48,022 bases of DNA from a virus (taxonomy: Duplodnaviria; Caudoviricetes), in IMG/VR virus record IMGVR_UViG_3300022917_000015, positions 1 through 48,022 of that record; one strand, given 5' to 3'. Of the stretch, positions 36,918 through 44,519 are shown one piece after another. Both the position numbers and the translations under genes were made by a program. The notes under the pieces are model-generated. The model ran no database searches. It saw only the letters and a program-made list of their open reading frames with translations, and was not told where the DNA came from. Position 1 is the first letter of the stretch, and each line of letters starts with the position of its first letter.

Positions 36918-37144
36918 CACGCGCGCCCCCGAGTAACGGCCTTGCGAGTCGCGATGGCGATCGAGCGCTCGAGGCTATCGGCGCACTCGTTCAAAATGCG
37001 GGCGTACGCGGAGGCCCGTACTGCCCCCTCCGGGAATTTGTGACCGCCCGCCGGCACGTCACCCTCGATCGCGTTGTGCCGCGCCGCGACGGCCTCCCAT
37101 TCGCGCGCCACGCGCCGCCAGCGTCTCACCAGATCCTTGCTCAT
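36917..37144 (-). CDS. Hypothetical protein
   Basis: ATGA overlap. Confidence 0.55.
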   Translation of the reverse strand: MSKDLVRRWRRVAREWEAVAARHNAIEGDVPAGGHKFPEGAVRASAYARILNECADSLERSIAIATRKAVTRGRA

Positions 37145-37491
37145 CGGCGCACCTTGATCGCTTGCCGTTTGCGTTTGCCCCGCGCCGCCGGCGAGCTCGC
37201 CGCGGGCAGCATGGCCACGATGAAGGCCGCGGCGTTCTGCGCCTCGGCCGCGGCCGCCTCGAGCGCGGCCTCGCGCGTCGCGCCGACACCGGGGTAACGA
37301 TCGGCACCGATGCGGAGGCGGGCGTGCCAAGTGGATCGCGTTTGGCGCACTTTCCAGTCGGCGGTCCGCTCGTCCTCACCGATCGAGATCGGGGCGTTCG
37401 AATAGAACCCGTCCGGCTCGCGCCGAGGCGGAGGATCGAACGCGATGCCTCGCCAGACAAACCCCGGTGGGGGGCGCTTGCTCACGGTCAC
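37141..37491 (-). CDS. Hypothetical protein
   Basis: GTGA overlap. Confidence 0.55.
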   Translation of the reverse strand: MTVSKRPPPGFVWRGIAFDPPPRREPDGFYSNAPISIGEDERTADWKVRQTRSTWHARLRIGADRYPGVGATREAALEAAAAEAQNAAAFIVAMLPAASSPAARGKRKRQAIKVRR

Positions 37492-37676
37492 CGCTGCCCC
37501 CATGGATCGACGTAGGGCGCCGGCTCGAACCCCGCGGCGCGGATCTCGGCGACCTCGGCGGGCGTGAGCCGGAACCCGTAGCCGCCGGCCTCGACGAATT
37601 TGCGACGCGCCTTTGCGACCCACGCGCGCATGCCGTCGCCGAGCAGCTCGACTTGCGCGGTACCCTCGGCGCTCAC
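37488..37676 (-). CDS. Hypothetical protein
   Basis: GTGA overlap. Confidence 0.5.
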   Translation of the reverse strand: MSAEGTAQVELLGDGMRAWVAKARRKFVEAGGYGFRLTPAEVAEIRAAGFEPAPYVDPWGQR

Positions 37677-37837
37677 GAGTCGGCCTCGCTCATCGCCGCG
37701 ATGGCAATGCAGACAGGCCAGACGACGGCACACGCCGCGATGCTGAGCAGGGGCATGCGAGGCCTCGAACCGGCGAGCAGCACGCCCACGTAACAGGCGG
37801 CGCCCCCGAGCCACGCGGCGAGAGCCACGTCGCTCAC
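37673..37837 (-). CDS. Small two-TM protein
   Basis: Two hydrophobic segments; GTGA overlaps. Confidence 0.55.
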   Translation of the reverse strand: MSDVALAAWLGGAACYVGVLLAGSRPRMPLLSIAACAVVWPVCIAIAAMSEADS

Positions 37838-37929
37838 CACAGCCCCCAGGCGTGCCCCGCGCAGGCCATGCAAGCGAGCCACGCGAGGACGGTGAGGCCG
37901 CGCACCGCGACCCATGCGGCGGCCCTCAC
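37834..37929 (-). CDS. 31-aa TM peptide coupled to the integrase stop (not in ORF track)
   Basis: MRAAAWVAVRGLTVLAWLACMACAGHAWGLW; its GTG overlaps the integrase TGA. Confidence 0.5.
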   Translation of the reverse strand: MRAAAWVAVRGLTVLAWLACMACAGHAWGLW

Positions 37930-40307
37930 GAGGCCCCCTTGCGCTGCGCCCGGACGACCTCGAGCCGGACCGGCGCCGGTGGGGCAGCTCGGGCGGCCTC
38001 CGCGAGGCGGGCGACCTCCGCGGCTCGAGCGGCCTCCGCGAGGCGGGCGACCTCCGCATCGATAAGCGGTTCGAGCGCGCGCAGCGCCGTCCAGTTGCGC
38101 TTATCGTAGTAGGCCTGCCCTGCCGCCTGGAGGAGCTCCAGCGGGGTGGCCGGCGTGGTCACACCCGGGTGTGACCCTCGGTCGCTTCCGGTCGCTTCCG
38201 GTACAGGCTCACCCCCCGGATTTGCCGGGTTTTGTTTCCTCCGGTCGCCAAAGGCTGGATTTAGGTTCCAGCACCTCACGGTATGGGAGTTCGACCCTCC
38301 CCTCGCGCACTCAGCATCAAACATGCTCGATTTCTCATTCTCCGGAGCCGTCGAGCACTCGCCCGCGAGGGCATGGTCACACTCGGGGTCACACTCGTTC
38401 CGGGCGTTCAGTGGTTTCGAGTCGCGGTGGACTAGATCCGCGCCGCCGTCGTCCGCGTAGTCCACCCCGTCGCGCTGCCCCGCGCTGCCCTGCTGCTGCG
38501 CCGCAAACCGGGCGGCGAGCAACGCGCCCGGGGCGTAGCCCTCGACGATCTGGACGTACGCGCCGGCGGGCGTTGCCTCGCCGTTAGCCGGTCCGCGGGG
38601 CGGGTGTAACGGCGAGGTAACAGGATCCAGCCAGTCGCCCTCCGGCTCGCCCGCGGCGTTGCAGCTCACGCACGCCCAGCCGGACCGCTTGCCCGCCTGG
38701 ACGCGTGCGAGCGGGCGCTCGCACTCCGGGCACTGCGGCGCGGGTAGACGCGCGCCGGGGAGGTCAGCTCCCGGCGTGCTCGATGCTGGCCCCTGACCGG
38801 GCCCGTCGTTGTCAATTGCAGTCGCTTGCAACGGCTCGCCCCCGCCGAGCGGGTTGCAGGAACGGCCGCCGGTTGCAGGAACCGACGTCGGTTGCGCGCC
38901 GACCTCGGTTGTCGGTTCGCCGGCGGCGAGCTGCCGAGGCTCGGGCCCGGCGGCGAGCACCGCGGCGTCGAGCTCGCCCGCGACGTCGAGGCCCATTGCC
39001 TGATCGAGCGGCAGGTAGGGCGCGAGCCCGAGGTGCTCTATCGTCGCCTTGCTCCGGTTGTAGCGCGCGATCATCGTGTTCGACTCGTGCCCCGTGTGCT
39101 GGGCGATCGTTTCGTTGTCGATGCCAGCGAGCTTGCACCACGAAACGAACGTCGATCGGAGGTCGTGCTCGCGGAGGCGGCGCAGGCGCCCGGCGGTGAA
39201 CAGCAGCCGCTCGCGTTCCGTTCCCGAGATCTCGATGTGCCGTCGCAAATCGTGGGCGGCCTTTTTGTAGTTCGTGGCGGTGAGCCACACGAACGGACCG
39301 GCGAGCTCGGGGCGCAGGCGCTTGAACGCCTCGAGTACTTCGCCCGTGCCGGGCATGAGAACGAACATGAGCGCGCGGCCCGTCTTCGTGGCGGGCACGT
39401 TGAGAACCCACCGAGCCGGCATCCCATGCATGGGCGGCAGTAACTCGAGGTGCTCCCATCGGATGCGGAACGCCTCGCCGAGGCGCAGGCCCTCACGGAT
39501 GATGAATCCCCAAAGCACGCGATAGTCGATCGAGATCTCGCCGCAGCGCATGAGCCGCGCGTATTCCTCCGGATAGAGGAACGGAAACTCGGGCGCCTCG
39601 CCTTTGGCGAGGATCGGCAGCTTGCACACCGCCGAGAGCGGCCACGCGGGAATGATTCGCAGCTCGACGCCGATCTTGACGACGCGCCTGCATACTTGCG
39701 CGTAGGCCCGAAACGTCGAGTCTGTTTTGCAGTGCGCCCGCGCCGGTCGCATCGCGCGCCAATAGTCGTCATCATTGAACGTCGCGAGTGGCACGTTCTC
39801 GATGAACTTGCACAGATACTCGACGCGCGGCTCGTCGGTTGCCTCGGCGGATTTTTTGCCATAGCCCGCGTTTGGATAGAGGCGGGCGAGTTCCTGAGAA
39901 CACCACGCCCGCGCGAGCTGGCCCCACGTGACAAAGCGCGACGAGGCCTCGCTCGTTTTCTCGCGCGGGCGCGACATGACGACGTTTGCCGCAGCGATCG
40001 CAAAGTTGAATTTCTCCTCGTCGCCGGCGACGGCGGCCGCCTTGCGCATCAGATACGCGGCCTGCGCGCCGCGGCCGACCTTTACAAGCGCCTTGCGCAT
40101 CGCGGTGATATCGGCCAGGCGCGCGACCGCGAGCGCCCGGCGCGCCTGCGGCGGCCCGTACGACTCATCGATCGCGAGCTTCAAACGAAACTGTCGACGA
40201 TTGCCTCGCTTGCCCGTCGTGGGATCCTTGGGGTCCTCGAACCCCGCGCTGATCATCTGAGAGAACCCGCCCGCGACGGGTAGCAAACCACTTCGTACTT
40301 TGCCCAT
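37926..40307 (-). CDS. int: Tyrosine integrase (~793 aa) with a long C-terminal extension containing attP
   Basis: Catalytic R (GLRLGE), K (TKTG), HDLR, GH, Y (ARYN); ATG 40307 lies 1 nt after the upstream stop. Confidence 0.92.
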   Translation of the reverse strand: MGKVRSGLLPVAGGFSQMISAGFEDPKDPTTGKRGNRRQFRLKLAIDESYGPPQARRALAVARLADITAMRKALVKVGRGAQAAYLMRKAAAVAGDEEKFNFAIAAANVVMSRPREKTSEASSRFVTWGQLARAWCSQELARLYPNAGYGKKSAEATDEPRVEYLCKFIENVPLATFNDDDYWRAMRPARAHCKTDSTFRAYAQVCRRVVKIGVELRIIPAWPLSAVCKLPILAKGEAPEFPFLYPEEYARLMRCGEISIDYRVLWGFIIREGLRLGEAFRIRWEHLELLPPMHGMPARWVLNVPATKTGRALMFVLMPGTGEVLEAFKRLRPELAGPFVWLTATNYKKAAHDLRRHIEISGTERERLLFTAGRLRRLREHDLRSTFVSWCKLAGIDNETIAQHTGHESNTMIARYNRSKATIEHLGLAPYLPLDQAMGLDVAGELDAAVLAAGPEPRQLAAGEPTTEVGAQPTSVPATGGRSCNPLGGGEPLQATAIDNDGPGQGPASSTPGADLPGARLPAPQCPECERPLARVQAGKRSGWACVSCNAAGEPEGDWLDPVTSPLHPPRGPANGEATPAGAYVQIVEGYAPGALLAARFAAQQQGSAGQRDGVDYADDGGADLVHRDSKPLNARNECDPECDHALAGECSTAPENEKSSMFDAECARGGSNSHTVRCWNLNPAFGDRRKQNPANPGGEPVPEATGSDRGSHPGVTTPATPLELLQAAGQAYYDKRNWTALRALEPLIDAEVARLAEAARAAEVARLAEAARAAPPAPVRLEVVRAQRKGAS
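37987..38057 (-). repeat. 36-bp tandem duplication (AEVARLAEAARA x2) in the integrase tail
   Basis: Units start at 37987 and 38023. Confidence 0.9.
38157..38397. promoter_or_regulatory. attP arm-type sites GGTCACAC (inverted pair 38157-38176; direct pair 38375-38385 and 38387-38397) plus cggtcgcttc x2 at 38179-38198
   Basis: Repeats flank the tRNA-derived core on both sides. Confidence 0.75.
38254..38310 (+). other. attP: attP core: 3' half of tRNA-Leu(UAG)
   Basis: Anticodon arm ctgga-tttaggt-tccag, long variable arm, T-arm gggag-ttcgacc-ctccc, acceptor 3' strand ctcgcgc-a; no D-arm or 5' acceptor strand. Confidence 0.9.
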
Positions 40308-40308
40308 C

Positions 40309-40692
40309 TCAGAGACTCGACTTTCTTTGCGCGAGGCGATGCTGCTGGAGCCGCAGGGTAACGAGCAGCTCCCATCGCGCGGAGGCCAACGTTTGCGGGC
40401 AGTCTCTGTGCTGCGCGGGCAGCGCCAGGAACCCGGCACGAGCACCGCCGAGATCTTCAGGCCAATTGACGTTGCTGCTCACGCCGCAGCGGTGACAATG
40501 AAACCAGATCTCGACCCGCTCGTCGCCCTCGCGATCGGGCTCGGGCGTTAGCCAATAGAGGCCCACGCGCCACGGCTCCGCGCTCGGCGCGAGTCGGTCG
40601 ATCTCGGCGCGCAGCGCCGCGGCCTCGCTCGTCTTGCGCTGCTCATCGGCGAGGGCGGCCCTCGTCGCCTCGGTGCTCCAAACGGACGGCAT
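40309..40692 (-). CDS. Hypothetical protein
   Basis: TAATG overlap. Confidence 0.55.
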   Translation of the reverse strand: MPSVWSTEATRAALADEQRKTSEAAALRAEIDRLAPSAEPWRVGLYWLTPEPDREGDERVEIWFHCHRCGVSSNVNWPEDLGGARAGFLALPAQHRDCPQTLASARWELLVTLRLQQHRLAQRKSSL

Positions 40693-40931
40693 TAGGGCGC
40701 CGCCTTTGTTCGATAGTCCGCGACCTGGACAGGGGCGCCGTCCGGGTACATTTCGTCCAGCTTGGCTATCAGGTCGGCATCCGTCTCGGCAAACCAAAGG
40801 CAGATGTGCGGGCCCGGCGCCTCGGGCTCTTTCGAGATGAAGCAACACCGCAGGCCCGCGAGCAACCCCTCGATCTCGCGGCGCGTGATGCCGAGGATCA
40901 GCGCCCCTTTATTGTCGACACCGCGGATCAC
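40692..40931 (-). CDS. Hypothetical protein
   Basis: TAGTG overlap; GGGAG RBS. Confidence 0.6.
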   Translation of the reverse strand: MIRGVDNKGALILGITRREIEGLLAGLRCCFISKEPEAPGPHICLWFAETDADLIAKLDEMYPDGAPVQVADYRTKAAP

Positions 40932-41212
40932 TAGAGCACTCCCATTTGCCGGTCATGGATCCGACGGGCCGTGCGCATCGCCGCCCAGGAAATCAGTTGG
41001 CAAAGGACGCTCAGGAACATGAGCACCCCACCCGAGGCGCGATAGTCGAGCGCGATCGCGCCCGCGCCGAGCAGGATCGTCACGAGGGCGAGTTTTCGCC
41101 AGCCGCGCTCGCTGCGATAGATCGCGTCGAGCGCGGCCTCGGTCGCGTTGCGCTGCTCCACGGAGCTCACGATCGGCGGCCTCGCCTCGCGCGGGGGGTA
41201 ACCCGGGCCCAT
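40931..41212 (-). CDS. Two-TM hypothetical protein
   Basis: Hydrophobic segments; abuts the upstream stop. Confidence 0.55.
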   Translation of the reverse strand: MGPGYPPREARPPIVSSVEQRNATEAALDAIYRSERGWRKLALVTILLGAGAIALDYRASGGVLMFLSVLCQLISWAAMRTARRIHDRQMGVL

Positions 41213-41431
41213 TTAGAGCACCATCCGGGTAGGCCAGAAACCCGCGGGGCGGGGTTGCGGCGTTTCCTGGAGCTCGCGCTCGAATTCGCTCGAGTCGTCG
41301 GCGCGCTCGACGGCGACGCGAGCAATGAACGCCGTTAGCTTGACGCCCGCGGCCGTCGTGCCTTCCCACACACGGCAAAGCACGCCGTTGCACTCGACGA
41401 CCTGCCGCGTGCTTTCGAGGGTGATCTTCAT
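41213..41431 (-). CDS. Hypothetical phage protein
   Basis: MKITLEST...RVWEGTT..G; GGAGG RBS. Confidence 0.65.
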   Translation of the reverse strand: MKITLESTRQVVECNGVLCRVWEGTTAAGVKLTAFIARVAVERADDSSEFERELQETPQPRPAGFWPTRMVL

Positions 41432-41715
41432 GACAACATCTCCTCCGCCAACCGGGCGCAATTCTCCTCGAGCATGCCGAGCTCGCACGCCACACGCGCC
41501 GGGCTCGACGGGTGCTCGAGCAGCACGCGGGCCTTGACGACGTCTCGCCCGAAACCCTTGCGGATGCCGAGTTGCCACACGCACGCGGCCGTACGCAACG
41601 CGACGTAACAGGGAGCTCGGCCGAGGCGCGTGAGCTGCCGCGTCTCGAGGCCCGGCGCCCACGGTACCGTGTGAAACTTCGCGCTGGACGCGACACCCTT
41701 TGCCGCACGCATCAC
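41428..41715 (-). CDS. Hypothetical protein
   Basis: 4-nt overlaps on both sides. Confidence 0.5.
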   Translation of the reverse strand: MMRAAKGVASSAKFHTVPWAPGLETRQLTRLGRAPCYVALRTAACVWQLGIRKGFGRDVVKARVLLEHPSSPARVACELGMLEENCARLAEEMLS

Positions 41716-42137
41716 GTTTTCACCGCGCGCAAACCGCTCATCAGCTCGCGTTCGAATTCGCCGAGCTCGCGGTCGCGCGACTTCGGACCTTTGGAGGGCG
41801 GCGGCCCTTTGTCACCGCCGGCGGGGCTCGCCGCCGCAGCGTCGCCCTTGCCGCGTCCGGGCCTGCCCGCGAGTTCCTCGCGAATGGCCTCGCGAGTCAG
41901 CCAATAGTTACGCCCCGAGTGCCCGGCGCCGCCTTCATCGTTGGCGAGGCGGCGCTTGACCGCGTCGCGGTGCCGGCGCGCGCCGAGCTCGCTATCATGC
42001 TGGTTGACCATGCGAGGCCGCCGGCGTTCGAGACGCTCGGCGAGGCACTCCGCGAGCGCCTCGATGTAGGGTCCGAACGCTTGTAGCATGGCGCTGTTTG
42101 GGCCTGCGCCGGGCCCACTATCGTCCATAGTCATCAC
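41712..42137 (-). CDS. Possible excisionase-like DNA-binding protein
   Basis: Wing-like GHSGRNYWLTREAIREEL; upstream of int in the same operon. Confidence 0.4.
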   Translation of the reverse strand: MMTMDDSGPGAGPNSAMLQAFGPYIEALAECLAERLERRRPRMVNQHDSELGARRHRDAVKRRLANDEGGAGHSGRNYWLTREAIREELAGRPGRGKGDAAAASPAGGDKGPPPSKGPKSRDRELGEFERELMSGLRAVKT

Positions 42138-42709
42138 CCCGGTTGCTCCGATCGTTTTTCTGCTTTGCCGGATCGCGCCCGGCGAATGGTACCTGCTCGC
42201 ACGTGCCGCTTGAGTGTGGCGATGCCGATCGCCGTCACGCCAAACACCGAGTCGCCCCCCGAGAGCGACGAGGGCTTGCGCGTCTCGCGCATGAGGCCGC
42301 GAGCGATCAGCCCTTCGATCGTCGCCCAGTCGGCATGCCCCTCGCCGGCGCAAAAGTGGTTGCGATAGAGCGGCCACTTCGATCGCCAGCCGGTCGTGTG
42401 GATCATCAGCTCGAGCTCGCCCGCGCTCACCTCGACGGTCGCTGCCGCGGCCGCGGCGACCTCGGCGAGCTCGGCGCTCGGCGGCGCACCCTCGGCACCG
42501 AGAATCGGCGCGCTCGATTGTCCGAACGCCGCGCGCATGCGATCGCAATTGCGGCAGCGGTCCGCGAGCTCGACGGGCCCGAGATCGGCAACGATCGTGA
42601 ACCGGGCGAGGTCCTGCGCGTGCAATCGAGGCGCGCGGCCCGGCGAGCCGATGCCGCACACCGTTCGGCGACCGACGTCGCCCCATGCCCATTCATGCAC
42701 GCGCAACAT
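42134..42709 (-). CDS. Hypothetical protein (C-terminal YRNHFCAG winged-helix-like domain)
   Basis: AAGG RBS; in chain. Confidence 0.6.
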   Translation of the reverse strand: MLRVHEWAWGDVGRRTVCGIGSPGRAPRLHAQDLARFTIVADLGPVELADRCRNCDRMRAAFGQSSAPILGAEGAPPSAELAEVAAAAAATVEVSAGELELMIHTTGWRSKWPLYRNHFCAGEGHADWATIEGLIARGLMRETRKPSSLSGGDSVFGVTAIGIATLKRHVRAGTIRRARSGKAEKRSEQPG

Positions 42710-42712
42710 CCT

Positions 42713-43441
42713 TCAGCCGTTCCAGTGGTGCACGCGCGAGAACGACGGCAGGGCGCTGCTCTCGAGCGGCGCATACAGGTGCACGCTCCGGAGGCCCGCA
42801 TCAAACGCCTCGGCCTTGCGCGGCAAGATTTGGATCGCCCGAATGTCACCGAGAAACACCTCGCGACACCACCCGAGCTCCGCCAAGCTCGGCGGCGCCT
42901 GACGCCCCGTCGCCGCCAAGTGCGCCCACAGCTCGCCTTGCCAGACTTCGATCTCTATTACGACCGTGATCGGGCTACCGCCGAGACGCACGCGATACCA
43001 CTTGCTCGCCGCATCATCGACGGTGCGCTCGACGCCCGGGGGCAGCGCCGCCGGCGTGAGCCGCGCGAGCCAACGCTCGGCCTCGACGTCGCGTGCGGCA
43101 TCGCGCCCATGCCCAGCGCGACGGCGACGTACGGCAGAGCTTGCGAAAGCGCTTTCGCTAGCGCTTACCGAGGCAGTTGTTCGCGAGCCTGATCTAGCGT
43201 CGAAACCAGCGCGATCCGCCGCTCGCGAATCCGTCGCAATGTCCGATGCTTGCGGTAAGTTGTTCGCTTTATGCTTGGGGGGGGGGTTACACCTCGTGTA
43301 ACACTGCTCGATCGCCCCCGGGCGCAATGAGTGCACGTCGAGCTCGGCATCGCGCATGCGCCGACGCTCTCCCGACGGCTTCGCTGCCGCCCCGTTGCTT
43401 ACATCACCCACGCCCACCACCGAGTGCTTGCTTCCCACCAC
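42713..43441 (-). CDS. First gene of the early operon; conserved-looking C-terminal domain, C10 tract in the N-terminal part
   Basis: GGGGAGG RBS before GTG 43441; WAHLAA...PSLAEL...F.G...AIQILP...HLY. Confidence 0.6.
   Translation of the reverse strand: MVGSKHSVVGVGDVSNGAAAKPSGERRRMRDAELDVHSLRPGAIEQCYTRCNPPPKHKANNLPQASDIATDSRAADRAGFDARSGSRTTASVSASESAFASSAVRRRRAGHGRDAARDVEAERWLARLTPAALPPGVERTVDDAASKWYRVRLGGSPITVVIEIEVWQGELWAHLAATGRQAPPSLAELGWCREVFLGDIRAIQILPRKAEAFDAGLRSVHLYAPLESSALPSFSRVHHWNG
43286..43302. promoter_or_regulatory. Operator-like palindrome gttacac-ctc-gtgtaac
   Basis: Perfect 7-bp arms next to the G10 tract. Confidence 0.45.
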
Positions 43442-43574
43442 GACTGACCTCCCCGAAAAAACGTTTTACCTATATTCCCACTGAACAACTGGCACCATAC
43501 CAAATCGACACATGTCTCGCGTTTGCCCCAATGGGGTGATGCGTGCATGTGGCATAGCGGAGTACCCGCGCAAC

Positions 43575-43898
43575 TCAAGCCGCCGACGAAATGTTCTCGC
43601 GGATGATGCGCGGATGCCGGGCGGCGATGCGGATCAACGCGAGGCCCGCGCCGTCGGGTGTCGTACGATCCTGCTCCCAATTTTGCAGCGTGCGCAGGCT
43701 GATCCCGAGCGCCTCGGCAAACTGCACTTGCGTGAGCTGGACGAACCGCCGCAGCGCTGCAACGTCGCCTCGCTGGAGCTTGCCCGCGCCGATGCGCTTG
43801 CGCTGCTCGCCCGAGAGCGCGCGCCCGAATGTCTCCGCAGTCCAGGCGGGGTTGTGATCGAGGTCGTTGGCGACCTCGCGGATCGGCTTTCTTTTCAT
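43575..43898 (-). CDS. XRE/HTH antitoxin-like regulator
   Basis: LRRFVQLTQVQFAEALGISLRTLQNWEQDRTTPDG; ATGA overlap with the toxin. Confidence 0.88.
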   Translation of the reverse strand: MKRKPIREVANDLDHNPAWTAETFGRALSGEQRKRIGAGKLQRGDVAALRRFVQLTQVQFAEALGISLRTLQNWEQDRTTPDGAGLALIRIAARHPRIIRENISSAA

Positions 43899-44188
43899 GG
43901 CTTGTTTCCCTTCAAAAACAGGTTGTAACGGGCCTGCTCGGCGCGGTCGGCGCGGCGAGCGCTGATGATGCGGATCACGTCGTCCGCGCGCTCGGTATAA
44001 ACGACCATGAGCACGCCGCGCCGGCTCATACCGAGGCGCTGAAACCGGTCCTCGGTGTCACTGTGCTCGGCGTCATACGCCTCGAGCACGGCGGCGCCCG
44101 GCGCAAACAAATCGGTCGCGTCGCCAAACGTGATCCCGTGCACTCGCGCGTTGCGAGCTGCCTTTTTCGGATCCCATTCGAAGCGCAC
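43895..44188 (-). CDS. brnT: BrnT-family toxin
   Basis: FEWDPKKAARN..HGITF.DA...EDRF..LG...VVYTER...IRIISARRA. Confidence 0.9.
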   Translation of the reverse strand: MRFEWDPKKAARNARVHGITFGDATDLFAPGAAVLEAYDAEHSDTEDRFQRLGMSRRGVLMVVYTERADDVIRIISARRADRAEQARYNLFLKGNKP

Positions 44189-44194
44189 GATCTC

Positions 44195-44234
44195 AGTATA
44201 CGCTAGAAGCGTATCTCATGCACGCTACTAGCGT
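44195..44234 (-). promoter_or_regulatory. TA promoter/operator: -10 TATACT and palindromes atacgct-aga-agcgtat (44198-44214) and acgcta-c-tagcgt (44222-44234)
   Basis: Seen directly upstream of the brnT GTG. Confidence 0.65.
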
Positions 44235-44285
44235 AGTTCCGACGCGTTCTGTGGTATGCCCCGATTCGGAAGGAACACGGTTCAA

Positions 44286-44519
44286 ATGGGAACGAAACTG
44301 CTACATCCGATGCTGCGCCGAGTGGTCGACGCCGGCGTGATGAGCGAGGCGCAGGCCCTCGCTCTCGGGGCTGCCCCCGCCGGCGAGCTCGCCGAGGTTC
44401 ATTTCGCGGCGCTGCGCCGGGCGCTCACCGCGCACGCCATGGGTCGCGCGCCCGCCTCGCCCAGGCTCGTGCTCGTGCCCCCCGTCCCTTCCGATCCGGA
44501 TGCGGGGAGCGAGCATTGA
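44286..44519 (+). CDS. Hypothetical protein
   Basis: AAGGA upstream; TTGA overlap downstream. Confidence 0.5.
   Translation: MGTKLLHPMLRRVVDAGVMSEAQALALGAAPAGELAEVHFAALRRALTAHAMGRAPASPRLVLVPPVPSDPDAGSEH

Noticed and set aside
38225-38312. Intact phage tRNA-Leu gene
   Set aside because: No D-arm and no 5' acceptor strand complementary to ctcgcgc; only the 3' half is present, as expected for attP
38630-38660. AAGEPEGDW in the integrase tail resembling the GEPEG paralog motif
   Set aside because: Only five residues match and the WRAAIGWDG core is missing; likely chance
31896-43100. 31896..32387 and the C-terminal domain of 42713..43441 as a third paralog pair
   Set aside because: Only a loose shared pattern (W-x-hydrophobic-S/A...P..AEL...F.G...H); too weak to assert without an HMM comparison
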